NCBI GenBank assembly: GCA_040954595.2
Contig: CM082587.2
Span: 402,617-466,616, forward strand
Source: Balanoglossus misakiensis
Lineage: Eukaryota > Animalia > Hemichordata
DNA length: 64,000 nt
Reading direction: 5' to 3'
Of the stretch, positions 27,171-40,337 are shown piece by piece. The notes under the pieces were generated by a model. That model was given only the letters and a program-made list of their open reading frames with translations. It was not told the DNA's origin and ran no database searches. The position numbers were made by a program, and so were the translations under genes. The stretch's first letter is position 1. The number at the start of each line of letters is the position of its first letter.

Positions 27171-28551
27171 AAATCACTGAATATCATTTATGGCACATCG
27201 AGTTATGAGTTAAATTCACGAAGCAAACTTTAATTTCTACAAATTTGTCAAAACTTCGTTCAGTCAACCAGAAATAAAGTATTCAATTGCAAGTATTCGA
27301 GTGTTATATCCATTTAAAATACCCTTCCCACTGCAATCGTACAATTTCACAATCTGGTTAGATTGTCGTCAACCGCTTGTGTCCGTTGTTTCACAGTTTT
27401 ATCTTCTAGGTTGGTTTGTAGCAGTCGATGTGGCGCTGATGTCGGTGTGTTTTTCACAAACTATAACAAGTTGTCGTTACCTATAAGCAGTGTATATTCA
27501 CACAGGAAATTATAGACACCCAATTTTCCAATTTAATCGTCCCCTGCGGCGGGGGCTCCCTCCCTTCGTGATGAAGTGGACTAAACCTGACAGCGCCTCG
27601 AGCGTTCATCCTTCGGCGGCTTACAATCATATCGATTCACAGTTACCATTAACGTGAGCGTAATAGATTAAGCTTTTGGGTGAATTTTTAGCAGACCAAC
27701 TAAGGACGTTTAACTCAATCCTAGCAATTAATTTTTATACAACGAATCAACATACAAACGATCTCTGCTTTTCTTGACGAGATATCCCGTCATTGAAGTG
27801 GAACCCACTACAGAAGATTAGAAAACACAGTTTACGTTCTACCTCACTCACCGCATTTACACCCCCCCCCCCCCGCCATTTAACGGGACTGCCCGGCAAA
27901 TTCAGTTGACACTGGGATTTCATTGCGAAAACTATGTAATAGAGACATTCAAATAAACTCATAGTATAAACTGTAGGCTAGGTAGTGTATTTGCACATGC
28001 ATTGGCACAAGCCCATAGTTGCACTGTGAGTGTTTCAAGGGGGTTCTGCTTCCTTTGTATTGGAAAAAGCAACCTGAACAGAAGAGAAAAGTAATTTCAA
28101 CTGAGAAATAATAACAGAAAGAGACGGAGAAGTAAACAGTGACACAAGGAAAATGTCAATGAAAGTGTATTACGGTGGTTTGCACATCTGAGAAGCAAAA
28201 AACAGAGTAATACGAACAACTGTTCAATTTCCCACACAAATCACTTTTTTACTATTAGAGGTCTTGAGAAGACTAAAATATCAACATAGTCATTTTACTC
28301 ACAAATAGACTACCAAACCAACATTTTTTTTTCTCTTAGTTGTTTTGACAATACACATGGGTGACTGTGCAATCTGATTGTAACATTGGTAGTCATGGTG
28401 ACGTTTTGGAGACAACAGTTGACAATGTCCAATGAATGTAATAGTTTTTACCATTGGCTTAGTTGGCAAATGGACAAACCGCTGTATAATCAATTTGCTG
28501 CGACATATGTGTATCTAATCGAAGAAAATTTCTTTATGTGTACATTTTATG

Positions 28552-28996
28552 AGGTTATTACGAAAATACCGCAAAGTATGCACGAGGACATTAGCGCTGA
28601 GTATCGCCCGACGCGTAGCGGAGGGCGATGCGCTGCGCTTATGTCCGAGTGCATACTTTGCGGTATTTTCGTAATAACCTTATTATTATACATCTTACAT
28701 CTTCGATAGTTCTTGTTTTGCATGTTACTTGGCTTTCAAAACGCCCAAAATGCCGATACAATCGATCGAAAACCGCTCAGTGAGCAGCCATCTTTCTTTT
28801 TTGTTTACGTACGTGCGCGTGCGTTGGAATGCGGGCGCCTTGAAACCGTCCGCATAACAGCGCATACCTGTACACGGTGAGTTTGGGGCGCCTTGAAACT
28901 AAGGCTTATTTAACGCGCGTTCCGTACGTACCGTTCCGTACGGCTTTTTATTGCACGCCAAAATCTATTGTTCTCGGCACTAGATGTATAATAATA
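28552..28996. mobile_element. Non-autonomous element with two adjacent inverted-repeat pairs (hairpin plus IR-bounded body)
   Basis: Perfect 32-bp IR at 28552-28583 and 28649-28680, with further internal pairing. Second perfect 15-bp IR at 28681-28695 and 28982-28996. Internal direct repeat GGGCGCCTTGAAAC occurs twice. Confidence 0.7.
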
Positions 28997-30480
28997 CATC
29001 TTATTTTAGTTCAACAGTCATTTTCCATGCAGTTATAAGCGTACAGTCAAATTATTTGAACTCTTTTTGGGGTGAAACCAACAGTGATAGAAGCAAAGGT
29101 CTGTCGTCTAGATAGTGATACATACATGAATACATATATACATGCACGCACGCACGTGCGCATACATCACATCACATCGCACCCTGTTAAATGTTCATCT
29201 TTGTAAAGTCATGGTCAGAATATGAGCTAATGTCAATATTACAATGATACCTGCAAAGAGGGAATATAGTTTGTATGTTTGATATTTTCTGGCCATCATA
29301 TTTACATTATCACAAAGTTCAAACCTTTACATCTTATCAACAGTAACTGCGATAACCTGAGGGTTTTTTTGAAGATGTTTTGACAGCTCGGCTGTGGCAG
29401 CATTTTCATGTGTTTATTTCATTCCACGGTGGAATCTTACGGCGATTTCTTTTGTCCTATGCCGATGTGTCTTTAATGTTCACATGAGCGCAGGTCCTCC
29501 ACGATTTTAAAGCACGGCCTCTCAGAGGCAGCCCGCCAGATCACTGGATCGTGATACCAGGCGCCCAGACAAAGCCGCACCACTCGTGCGCACGGCAACA
29601 CGACTTTTTCCCTTTTATCACCAGAAGTAGATGATTCGAGAAGCATCCTCGCTGAAACTCTCATGAGGGTTGGACCCCTTGGTCTATCATTTCACGCTGC
29701 CTCGTTTTCTCTAATTTGGCTTCTTGTGCACAGTTGTGTAGGTATAGTCAAAGTGCGCCAGTCTCTTGGAGAGCAGTTTGTGATATTTAAACGAGCAACA
29801 ATCAGGCAACGGAAGAGCGCTTTTGATATCAGTATTACGACTACTTCTCATAATGTCGGCATTGAGTTTTGTATAACAGTAAGTTGCAACTCTATTATCG
29901 CACGCCTGACCACGTATATGCTGCTACAGGTAAAAACCATACGTAGAAAACTTCTCCAGGAGCCAGAATTTCTGAATTTGAAATCTCTCCCTGATCTTTC
30001 TTCCTTTTCGCAAATCGAGGTTGAAAAATCTATCTGGTTGTTCGCATCTGACCTGAAATACGACTCATTTACAAACAAACTGGGAGAACTTAAACTGTTT
30101 ATTCCCTTAATTTCTCCAACAGATGCTTAAACACGTCTGATAAATGCAAACTCGGACCCGAGGCAAGCAGCATTCTTCAAACGACGCCTAATTGTGTCTA
30201 ATTGTGTGCTTTGAGATCCTGTCAAGGAGAGTGATACGTTGCTACCCGACGGTAAATTAAAATCTGCCCCCGGGGTTGACCTGAAAGTGTGAAAGGATGA
30301 CAGACTTTTTCCAAACATGTAAGTCCTCCTGAGACACGGGCGATGTGTTTGACATGTTTGGTGAACCAGGGAACTACATGAAGAGGGGTGGCGGGCGGAT
30401 CGCGATAGATTATCACAGGTAACTAATAGGTGATCTGGCTGTCGACGTCGTTGAATGCAAAAATATAGATGGTAATCATC

Positions 30481-30500
30481 CGCCGACCAATCAGGGCGCC
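30481..30500 (+). promoter_or_regulatory. CCAAT box (NF-Y type) of the putative NR2E6 promoter
   Basis: gaCCAATcag at 30487-30491 in a GC-richer patch about 290 bp upstream of the ATG at 30781. Confidence 0.4.
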
Positions 30501-30780
30501 GGGTTCGCGTCAGAGGGGCACGCACCTGGTAACTTCACACGGTATTGTTTCTGGTTTTAAGGCCGATTTGGTTAACACCGAAGACACGTTGAAGTTATCA
30601 CAAAACTCAGAGCGTACTGGAACACCCAAACGCCAAGAAACAAGACGCGTTGTAAATACACAAAACCGAGCTTGTTTAACAACTTAAGGGGAAAACATTG
30701 TACAGGTTAAGAAGTAAGCGGCCGTCTCTTGTAATTCGAATGATCTACTGTCTGGCGTGTTGATGACAACTACAGTTGAA

Positions 30781-33700
30781 ATGAATGTTGGTAAGTTATA
30801 CTTATTTTTTTTCACTTTTATTTTCATCCAATAGCTGTTTGAATGGGTGTATACTTCTATTTGTAAGCTTACAGTATTTTGAAGGACGGTAATTTTGTAC
30901 GGTGTCCGATTGCTTTAAAGACATATACGAAAGACAACAATATCAAGTCTGGGGTGCGTCATCAACTTTTGAACAGGCGAACATTTTACTGATGTTTCTT
31001 TTGGCCACACCAGACTAAAGAGCAAAGGCTGATTCTATTATATGTTATCAAATACTATCAGTGATTATAGCGATGATATCGCGATAGCACTTTGTTGAAC
31101 ACTTGTGCGATTCTCAGAACCAAAGTCCGACCAATTGAATTGATTAAAATAATTCAACTGTGATAAGTTTGTCGATAGAAATTTCCTTCCAACAGCCATA
31201 AAACAGAGAAAATGTATTATTTTTGCAGCAAATGACATCGATAGAGGTTTTAATGCGCTAAGCATGTTTTTTTTGTATCTCTCTCTCTGTTTCAAATGTT
31301 CAAATTTGAAGTCATGAATTCGTTAGGATATACACACGCGTTGTCCAAACATCACTGTCGTTTCGAAGTTCGTGCAAAAGAGATTGCGTCGGAGTAAAGA
31401 ATTACCGATTACTGAAATCTTCAAAAGCAGGCTGGAATATGTTCATGTTCACATCTTTTCAGTGTTGGACGGGTCGATACCTATAAACACCGGTTGATCC
31501 CAGTTACAAAGAAGTTATGTTGTCCATTGTTAGCATTGCTAAATTCAGATAAACTTCAACAACAAACACAGAGAGTGATTTCAGTGCGTTGTATACGTGA
31601 CCGAATGGCATATGGTAGATTTACTGATCACAGACTCGAACATGAAAACCCCGAAGAAAGTCGCTGTTTGAAATAACAGCACTATAGTTTGTTTTAGTTT
31701 CGGGTCAAGGTACTCCCGTTGTGGCCAAACATACGATCACACAAACCCGTTCTAATTTCCCAAACGATTGACTATCGAATATCGATTCTTCTCCACTTTT
31801 CACGCTACTGTTTTGAAGATCTAATCCCCGTTAATCCCCACGTCATTTTCCTCTAATTCTTCTGAACGATCTTTGATCAGTAGGATCTTTGTCTGCCTAT
31901 TTCTGAATCAAAGCAGTTAACGAACCTTCAGTTTTGAAGTACCTTACAAACACTCTATTATGTATACTTTAGCTGTTCGTCAAATATTTAAAACCTATCC
32001 AAAAGAGTTGCACTGCAATTGACCACACAGTTTGTAGCGATTCATGCCTTTTTAATGACATTATTACGACAGAATACTTTGGTGAATGGCTTCACCAACG
32101 AGTTTTGACGCAAGTATTTATTCTTAGGTCTCGCTCCGGGTTCTATGAACAAACCAAATCAACATTATTAGAGCGATTTCGTTTTGAAGTATAAAGAAAC
32201 GATCCTATCGTAATTTCAGATGAAGCCATATTTTTATCTAAAATGGCAATGAGTTTAGACTTTGTTTTTGGCAGATGACAAAAAGTTTGAAATAGAAAAC
32301 GTGCTTGGCGTACCTTTTAGCGCAGGGTCGACACCTCACAGACACCTGGGGGAGCAAAGATCAAGACCACCGTGTTGTTTCCAAATAAAGCCTTGCATGG
32401 AGATTCAGATCACGACTACTCCATGAAACCTCCTTTCTTGTTAGTATTTTCAGAAACAATTAGTTCATGAGCACAAATGCTGCCATAACGACAAAACAAA
32501 CACGTACTTTGGTTCAATGCGCTTAGTTTTGGGCCGATTCTGGCCTCATGGCTCCTCCTTTCACTAGAGCACGCAGAAAGTACATTCTATCAGGATATCT
32601 ATTGAGCGGCTCGGGAGTAGTGCGTTCTGAGCGATCAAACACATCAAACAGTCCCGTTTGTACCAGAAAGGTTGCACTCTTTACCCCCTAAAGAATGTTT
32701 CCTCCTGACTGTTTAAGTCATTGAGCAGTTCGCACGTTCACATATTTACTTTGATCCCGATCAAACAGTATGCATTTTTATACATAATTAGACAAATTAC
32801 ACGAAAACAAACAAGTGTTGAAAATATCACGAATCTTTCTATTCCTGTCACAACGACACAGAAACTATAAACTCATATATGAAACCTGAAAACTCGATAT
32901 TGGTATTTTTGAGGTTCGTGACGATATATTTAATCAATTTGTGTGGTCAAATTTAACTTTTCAGAACTGCAATAATTAGCCTTTGTCGGTGATTAAAAGA
33001 AACTTCGAAGACCAGTTTTGATTTTATGTGATATGCGTTTCAGACAACACATTATCATGTCGTTCTGTCTCATAATGTTTGAAAGTTATAAAAGATATAA
33101 CAGAAATATTTCATTTTAATATAACTCGCATTGCTTTACTAAAATGTAATTTTTTTTATTCTTGTCTCCTATTCAGCTGATATGGTATCGTGCATTTCAA
33201 CCCCAACCACGACATCAGCCTCCTCCTCCTCCTCCTCACGCAAACCGGATATTCCATGTCGTGTGTGCGGAGACCGAAGCTCCGGCAAACACTATGGCGT
33301 CTACAGCTGCGATGGCTGCCGGGGATTCTTCAAGCGGAGCGTGCGCAGAAACTTGGCCTATGTTTGCAAGGAGAACGGCAACTGCATTGTTGACGTTACG
33401 CGTCGCAACCAATGCCAGGCATGTCGGTTCAAGAAATGTCTTGAAGTTCGTATGAACAAAGATGGTAAGAGACGGAACTTTAAACCAGTAGAAAAGTTAG
33501 CTACAATTCGTATGCTCGCCATTTTCTGATTAATTTTGTCACTTTGGCCGTTTTGAGACCGCCATGATACATACTGGTAAAAGAAATGACATATAGGGGG
33601 GGGGGGGGGCTCAATCAGAGCCACCGGAGGCTTAGAAAGTTTATTCTTTGACAATAATCCACATTCACGTGAAAAGGGTATTTTTGACCAAAATGTTAAT

Positions 33701-36700
33701 GATATTTCAGCAATAATGATTCATGTTTCAGTGGCTAAGAGCGACCACGTGACTTTGTGCTGCGGCTCACGAACTTGTCCAAGCCGATTCTGAGCACGTA
33801 ATTTGTGTGCATTGAAACCATAGCAACGGACACTCCTTTGGAAGTCGCCACGAGATCGTTAAAGCCGAGAAAAAAGCGATAATCGGCAGTTCAGGCATGG
33901 ATAGTCGATGCGGAGTCGACGGATGAAAGTGGAGGAGCGAAAGGCGAGCCAAGGTCTTTGTTCTGGCTGTCAACTCAAGGACCTAGGGTCTCCATTGATT
34001 GCTTCGTGTCTGTCTTTAACAGACCCCTATGAAACACCGATACTTGTTTAAGCAATATTAAATCATTAACAAAGTGCAAGGGTTTTGAGTTATCGCCGAC
34101 CCTATTCAGTAAATTTCGATTCGAAGAACGCGTTATGAAAAAAGCGACTATATTATTTTGATTGAAATCAATTTGAGATGTAAAGACCAGCCAAGTAGTG
34201 CAGCAAAACGATTGAATGTGTCGATTCTGAATCAATACGCCATAAAGGAAAATCTTCAATTTTTGACACTATGCTTTATTCTCTGGCCGTTGTTACCACG
34301 TCGGATCGATATTCTAAATATTGGCGAAGTCTGTTATAAGTTAAAGTTTCATTTCTCTCTGTCATTGAAATCGTTATGGTTCGATGAATCAAGAATTTCA
34401 CTTTCCAGCCATCGACATTTTTTGTCGCTTGTGGCGTTAAATACAATACTTAGACACTCAAAATTGAAGAATCAAAAACGGTAACGGTTAACTGGAGATG
34501 AAATCACGCAAATTTAAAATCACGTTACATAGTTAGATTTTCTTAATTTTTGATTCCATTATTAGCATTATGTGTTTACGACTGTTTTTCATCCAAGCTT
34601 CCGTGCATGGAAGGTTTCCGTGTCCTTCATAGGAAGGAAGACCCTCCCATTTTCCACGTCTTTGTGTTTTATTTTCGACACACTACTGTGTTTTGTAAGG
34701 TCGTTTTGCATCCGTGCACAGGTTTTTGACCGTTTTCGGAAAAATTCGATGTGTTGATGCAAAATCACATGACGGCTTTCATTCAGCGACAGACTCTGAT
34801 GGTCCATGGTCATTCATACCGAAACAACATTCCACCAGTATGTTCTATAGCTACTGGCACTACATTAAAAACCGCAGTTGTATCTCGGATTTTTTTGTTA
34901 AATTGTGTATATTTGTTTGTTTTGCCGCTTATACGCATTTACATTTCAACTTTTTAGCTGATACAAAATATGAAATTTATTGTGTTTTTTAAATAGAATA
35001 CTATCCTCGTGAATAATAAATTTGGACAATACTTTAGACGAAATTGTACGTCACAAATTCCCTCCTGTTCATCGTTCATAGATGTCGTAGACTTAGAGCG
35101 CACATACATTTGTAACAACCGTCCCTTCAGACTTCATACATTCTCGGTATTGATCGATCGTTGGGTCAAAAGCGTCCCGTCAGCGATAAACACTCAGTCG
35201 AATTTATCATATCAGTCTGTTGAATTTGCATCCTGTCCTACTCCTACCTATAACACCTGCCATGTTCACAGACGGAACCCGGGAACGTGTTTATTCGATC
35301 GGGTTGGAGAGTGGACATTTCTCACTAAAACACCAAGAGTTATCATTTTAACCGCCAAACGGGATCTTTGTCCGTCAATGTCAGTCCGTACTTATCAAAT
35401 TGCTTCAAAAGGTCGAAGTATTTAAAAAGACTTCTGACTTTCGTAAAATTCAGATTTCTTTACGAAAGATCGTCGTATTGGTATTCATGTTCCCGGGCTC
35501 ACTTGTTGAGAATTACAACAAACAATTTCTGTGGAGCGTAAAAGGCATACACCACAAAGTAAACATTCAGAGCTAAACCCCGTATGGCATGGCCTTTGTC
35601 GCTCAGAAGTGAACATCATTCGGAAATCGACAAATGTCAAGAGGCAATGTATCATCATTAAACGCAGAGAAGTTTATGAAAAGAGTAAATATTGATCGTT
35701 ATTTTTTAAAAAGAAACTGCTCGTTTTCAAAAGGGCTTAGTGACGGCACTTTGCATTTTAAACTAAAAATTAGTAATTAAGTTGTCTGATAAAAATTTAG
35801 AACATTTTATTTGCTAAAGAAGTAGGGTAAATGTTATCTTTAAGAGGGTGACAATGTGTCGATCGTAGATATATTTATGGGCGGGGTGTTACCTGCTGGC
35901 CAGCGTGCGATATCGTGAGATATTTCTCACAATGCTTTGTTTGTGAAGATTGCCGCACGTTTGCGTTCAGCTGAAATGGGATATCAATAGACAGCATATG
36001 TGAAGGCTAATATACGGTTTAACGATTCTTGATCTCTTAAATTCATGATACTGACAAATGTGTGTTCAAGAAGTTTCAATCATTTTACATATTCACAAAA
36101 GCAATTAAATCTCTGTAACTTTTATTTTTGATGCACGACAACAATATACTCCGCCATCTCTCTGTCTCTCGCTCTTTCTCTCTGCCCCTTTCTCTCCCCT
36201 CTCCGCTCTCTGACTGCCCGTTTCTAGAAAATTTTACAGTGAACGTCAGTCACTGTGCAATGAATGGGTCTGTTTAGGTGACCAATCAATAGCAGTTTCT
36301 TATGGCGTGACTTTCAAATTATTCATCATCGCGGAAAACTCTCAGATGCTCGGAAACTGTGACAAAAGGACAAATGGACAAAATACACATTTAAGAATAA
36401 ATCCCCCCGAATTGAATATCAGACAATGTTTGCAATCGACGTATTAAGTGGAAACGGAGTCCTGTAATCAGAACTAATTGATCCAAGGATGATTGTAATC
36501 GTATCATAATGGTGAACACACTCTGTAAACAATATGTAATTTTCCCAATAGTGCATATTTATTGCGTCATGTCATCTGTCAAGCCCCCTAACAGTCTCTA
36601 GATAAATCTGTCATGCCACATTGACTTTTCAATAGTTTTTATTCTTTATGTATCAAATTGTTATTACATTGAGCCATTAAGCGTGAGTGAAAGTAAACAG

Positions 36701-39327
36701 TTAACTGTTTGACATGCACTCACAGATCGTTGTGTTTGTGTGAAAGCTAGTTTGAACAGAGGTGTGACGTTCTAGGGCTATATGTCACGGTGAAATCATT
36801 AGTGTAGAAACTTGACGCTGTTATCTGAAAATATGAATGGAATTATTGTCAGGAGATCGCGATTAAATCAAATTTCTGTTGAATGCTATTTGTAGTTTTC
36901 CGATTTAGGCCTATGTTCTACGCGAGCAAAATTCATAAAATTGCGAAATTCGCGTGCGTGCGCCTGGTCTTAAAAACATTGATAATTGGAATAATTTATA
37001 ATGTTGGACAAGATAAGGTGCCCTGTCAATCTACAGCGTATTAATTTTCTCGGAAGGTTTGCGGCAATTTTGTGCGACCAAAGGCTTTCATGTTAAAGTT
37101 AATTGCAGCTATCCACCTGGACAAAGGGAAGACTGTGTCTTGCTAGGAATTAAACCTTCGACGTTTTTAGAATAGTCTATTACGTCATCGATTTTTACCG
37201 TACAATGCATCAACAAAATGAATAAATTTAAGTTAATGTTAACAGGTGTTACTGGTGCAGATTGTTCCCCTACGTGCTGTTCCTGCGTGTCATCCAGCAC
37301 GTAAATATGTCGTCATTCAAATCATCCATAGACGAATTTCATCTGAATCTTGTGTTTCGTCCGCAGCAGTACAACACGAAAGAGCCCCCCGTTGCTACCA
37401 GTACAAACGTGAAAGTCCGTCGTTGAAAGCCGATGTGTCTTCGGATGTCAAAGCCAATGTGTCGGGAATAAACGGTTTCCATCACGACGAAGACAAATCC
37501 AGCTTCAGGCCTGTCAACCCCGACTTTCACCGCGGTTTTATGTATCTGCCAAACCTATTCCTGAATAGTCTCCTGGAAGCTGAACCAAGACAAGCAAGCA
37601 AAGATCAGACGGCACAGGAACAAATAAAATCGGGAACAGAGAAATTTGAACACGGTTAGTTTTAACATTCGTTCCTGTACAAGCAAACCCAGCAACTTTC
37701 GCTCACTATTAAAATCGACTGACCCTATGCTGTAAATTTCTCCCAGTGGTTCGACTTACAGTGCATCAATTGACTTTACATATTCATTACACACAGGTGT
37801 CTACAAAACTACAACTCCCGATGCCTTTGTGTGCCAAACCACCGGCGTTGAAACTGTCTACGAAGCTGCGGCCAGATTGCTGTTCATGACAGTCAAATGG
37901 GCGAGAAACATTCCGTCGTTTCTCACCCTGCCTTTCCGAGACCAGGCCATCTTGTTGGAAGAAGCCTGGAACGAATTATTCCTTCTCAGCGCTGCTCAAT
38001 GGTCATTACCTTTAGAATTAGGTAAATGTGCTCAGGGGTACATATATTGTCATTTCAATTCGGAGTGAATCAGAACCATGATATAGTCTTCGAGATTCTG
38101 CGCATAGTTTTGTTTTCTTTATAGTATGCAATCCAGTGAAATGTTTGAATGCGACTCTTCCGACAGTGGAGGGTTGTTCTTACATCCGTTTGAAACTGTC
38201 GCTCCCTCCATCCGTCAATGTTACATGGCGCTGACTTCCTACCCGCGTGGTCTAAATATTGTAATTGTGATAACAAAGCCGAACCATTTGTACATGATTT
38301 AAACGAACTCCGTTTTACATTGCATTGTAGGTACACGAACAAAAAAGCAAAATAATAAGTATCTGGAGTATATTTCTATCATAAACAGATTTTATTCCTT
38401 TCATGGTCACATGCATTCATTTCTAACCCTTCCAATCAATTTCTTTTCTTTCTCAAGAACATGATCGCGGGTAGGAATACAAATGTTAGCGGCGGCATCG
38501 CAGATCGCTTTGGTATTTTCTGCTCGTATTTTTGACTTCTATCACGTATCGCTATCTCTGCATACTGCCTGTATACGTTAATTGGCACATCCTTTCATCT
38601 TCTCTATCTCTGTTTTGTTTCCTAGGTTCCTTGCTGTCTGCTGCGTCCTCTTTTCCCGGCGATAAAGTGCCCTCATTAGTCAATGACATCCGGGCACTCC
38701 AGGACGCCCTTTCTCGTTTCAATACACTGCAAGTCGATGCTACAGAATTCGCTTGCCTCAAAGCCATCGTCTTGTTTAAAACAGGTGACTGACGCTTCCA
38801 AATACCCTTTCTGTTATTAAGGTAGAATGCGACAGATTTTCTGTAAAATTATACTCCTCCAAACTGTTCAATTTTTTGATATATTAAAGTTTGCGAGGGG
38901 TTTTTGAAAACAAAGAAGAAAACATGGTAAGGAAAACGTACAAGACCGTGAACACATTTAGTGACGTTCACAATATACACGTACTGAGAAGAGTATAGGT
39001 TTCGTGGAACGTGACCCATGAAGTTGTTATGCAGTCACGAAAGTTATATTTATCCGGAGCCTTTGCTTTTTGCATCCCTTTTCAGAAATTCGAGGGCTAC
39101 GGGAAGCTTTACAAGTTGAAACCCTGCAGGACCAAGCGCAGCTGATGTTGGCCGAGTATACTCATGCAAGATTCCCAACAAACCGAGTCCGTTTCGGAAG
39201 ATTACTACTTTTGCTGCCAGCGCTGAAAACCGTCAACGCACGCTCTATCGAAGAGATATTCTTCCGTAGGACAATTGGGAGTATCCCTATTGAAAGATTG
39301 CTGTGTGATATGTTTAAATCAAGTTAG
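30781..39327 (+). CDS. NR2E6: Nuclear receptor subfamily 2 group E, NR2E6 / PNR-like, 6 coding exons
   Basis: Exons 30781-30790, 33177-33464, 37367-37654, 37797-38021, 38626-38784 and 39086-39327. DBD: [31 protein letters not shown]...[13 protein letters not shown]...[13 protein letters not shown]: [18 protein letters not shown]...[10 protein letters not shown]...[11 protein letters not shown]. The P-box CDGCRG differs from TLX (CDGCSG) and NR2E3 (CNGCSG). Confidence 0.85.
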
Positions 39328-40156
39328 ATTTGGGAAAATTCATCACTGTATGAAAATATAGTCATCTAACTATATTATCCAACTGATGGAAGTTTAGGCC
39401 TACTTATGTTGTCCTATGATATAAATACTAAGAAATATGTAGCAATACATCAAAAACAAAAACATGAGGTGCAAATAGAAAATGCTATTACTGCCTTACA
39501 AAGAAGACAGCCGTATCTTACGCACATGTGCAATTCAATGATTTAATCCATCGAAATCGCTACTCATCTCAAATGTTGTGTCTGTATTTATGTATGTGTT
39601 CGCGTGTGTGGGTGCTTTGGAAATTGGTATATACAAAGATTCTTTGCACAAACTAAACTCTATGTTCAACTCATTTTGCCATTTCAACTTTTCAAAAAAA
39701 AATTCGAAATGTTTCATCTTTCTTATTTATGACATGCACACTTCAGAAGCCAAAGATACATATATTAATTGTAACACTGTGTCCATTCAATATTTTAGTT
39801 GTGAGCAAAAACCCTGCAATTTTGTTGTATTCAAAAATATTTCTGCCTTAGGTTTCCCATAGCAACCAAGCTGATTCACCTCAGGGTGGAGGATCACGTG
39901 AGCGAGTTTGCATCAGAAATGATATTCATTTCCGAGAAATACCCAAGAAAACATGACACTCAAGTATTTATGTCATGTTCTAAATGAACTGAAGATTGTT
40001 GTACATGTATTGACTACCAACAATGTCAGATTTAACAGAATGTTGCAAATAAAAATAAAACAAGGTCAGAAAGTGTGGAAAGAGAATATTGTGTTTGCTT
40101 AATTGTGTTTGAGTGGACATCCTTCATGTAGAGGATGCAGACAAACCGTGGGTGTG

Positions 40157-40185
40157 GTGATGGTGATGATGATGATGATGATAAT
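40157..40185. repeat. (GAT/GGT)n trinucleotide repeat
   Basis: gtgatggtgatgatgatgatgatgataat, just downstream of the TMEM141 stop codon. Confidence 0.8.
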
Positions 40186-40337
40186 GTAAATAGTTATTCA
40201 ACTGCTTCAGCAGTGCATTGTGGGATACTATCATGCCTTGTCAAACATTCTAGAAATCCGCACATTTCTACACGGTTTCTATGGTTACTTAGCTCAAAAA
40301 TTGATACTTAAGTCAAGCTTAGAGCCTGATTATATTT

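Noticed and set aside
27565-27592. GTGATGA...CTGA resembling snoRNA C/D boxes
   Set aside because: The boxes are only about 12 nt apart, the site is intergenic, and there is no terminal stem.
29473-30525. ORFs of 130-155 aa on both strands upstream of the nuclear receptor
   Set aside because: No recognisable domain and no splice-compatible partners. More likely chance ORFs in regulatory DNA.
33182-33464. Calling the receptor tailless/TLX or NR2E3
   Set aside because: The P-box (CDGCRG), D-box and QHERAPR differ from both.
33767-35425. Numerous 60-138 aa ORFs within nuclear receptor intron 2
   Set aside because: No domains or consistent exon chain. The host exons join in frame without them.
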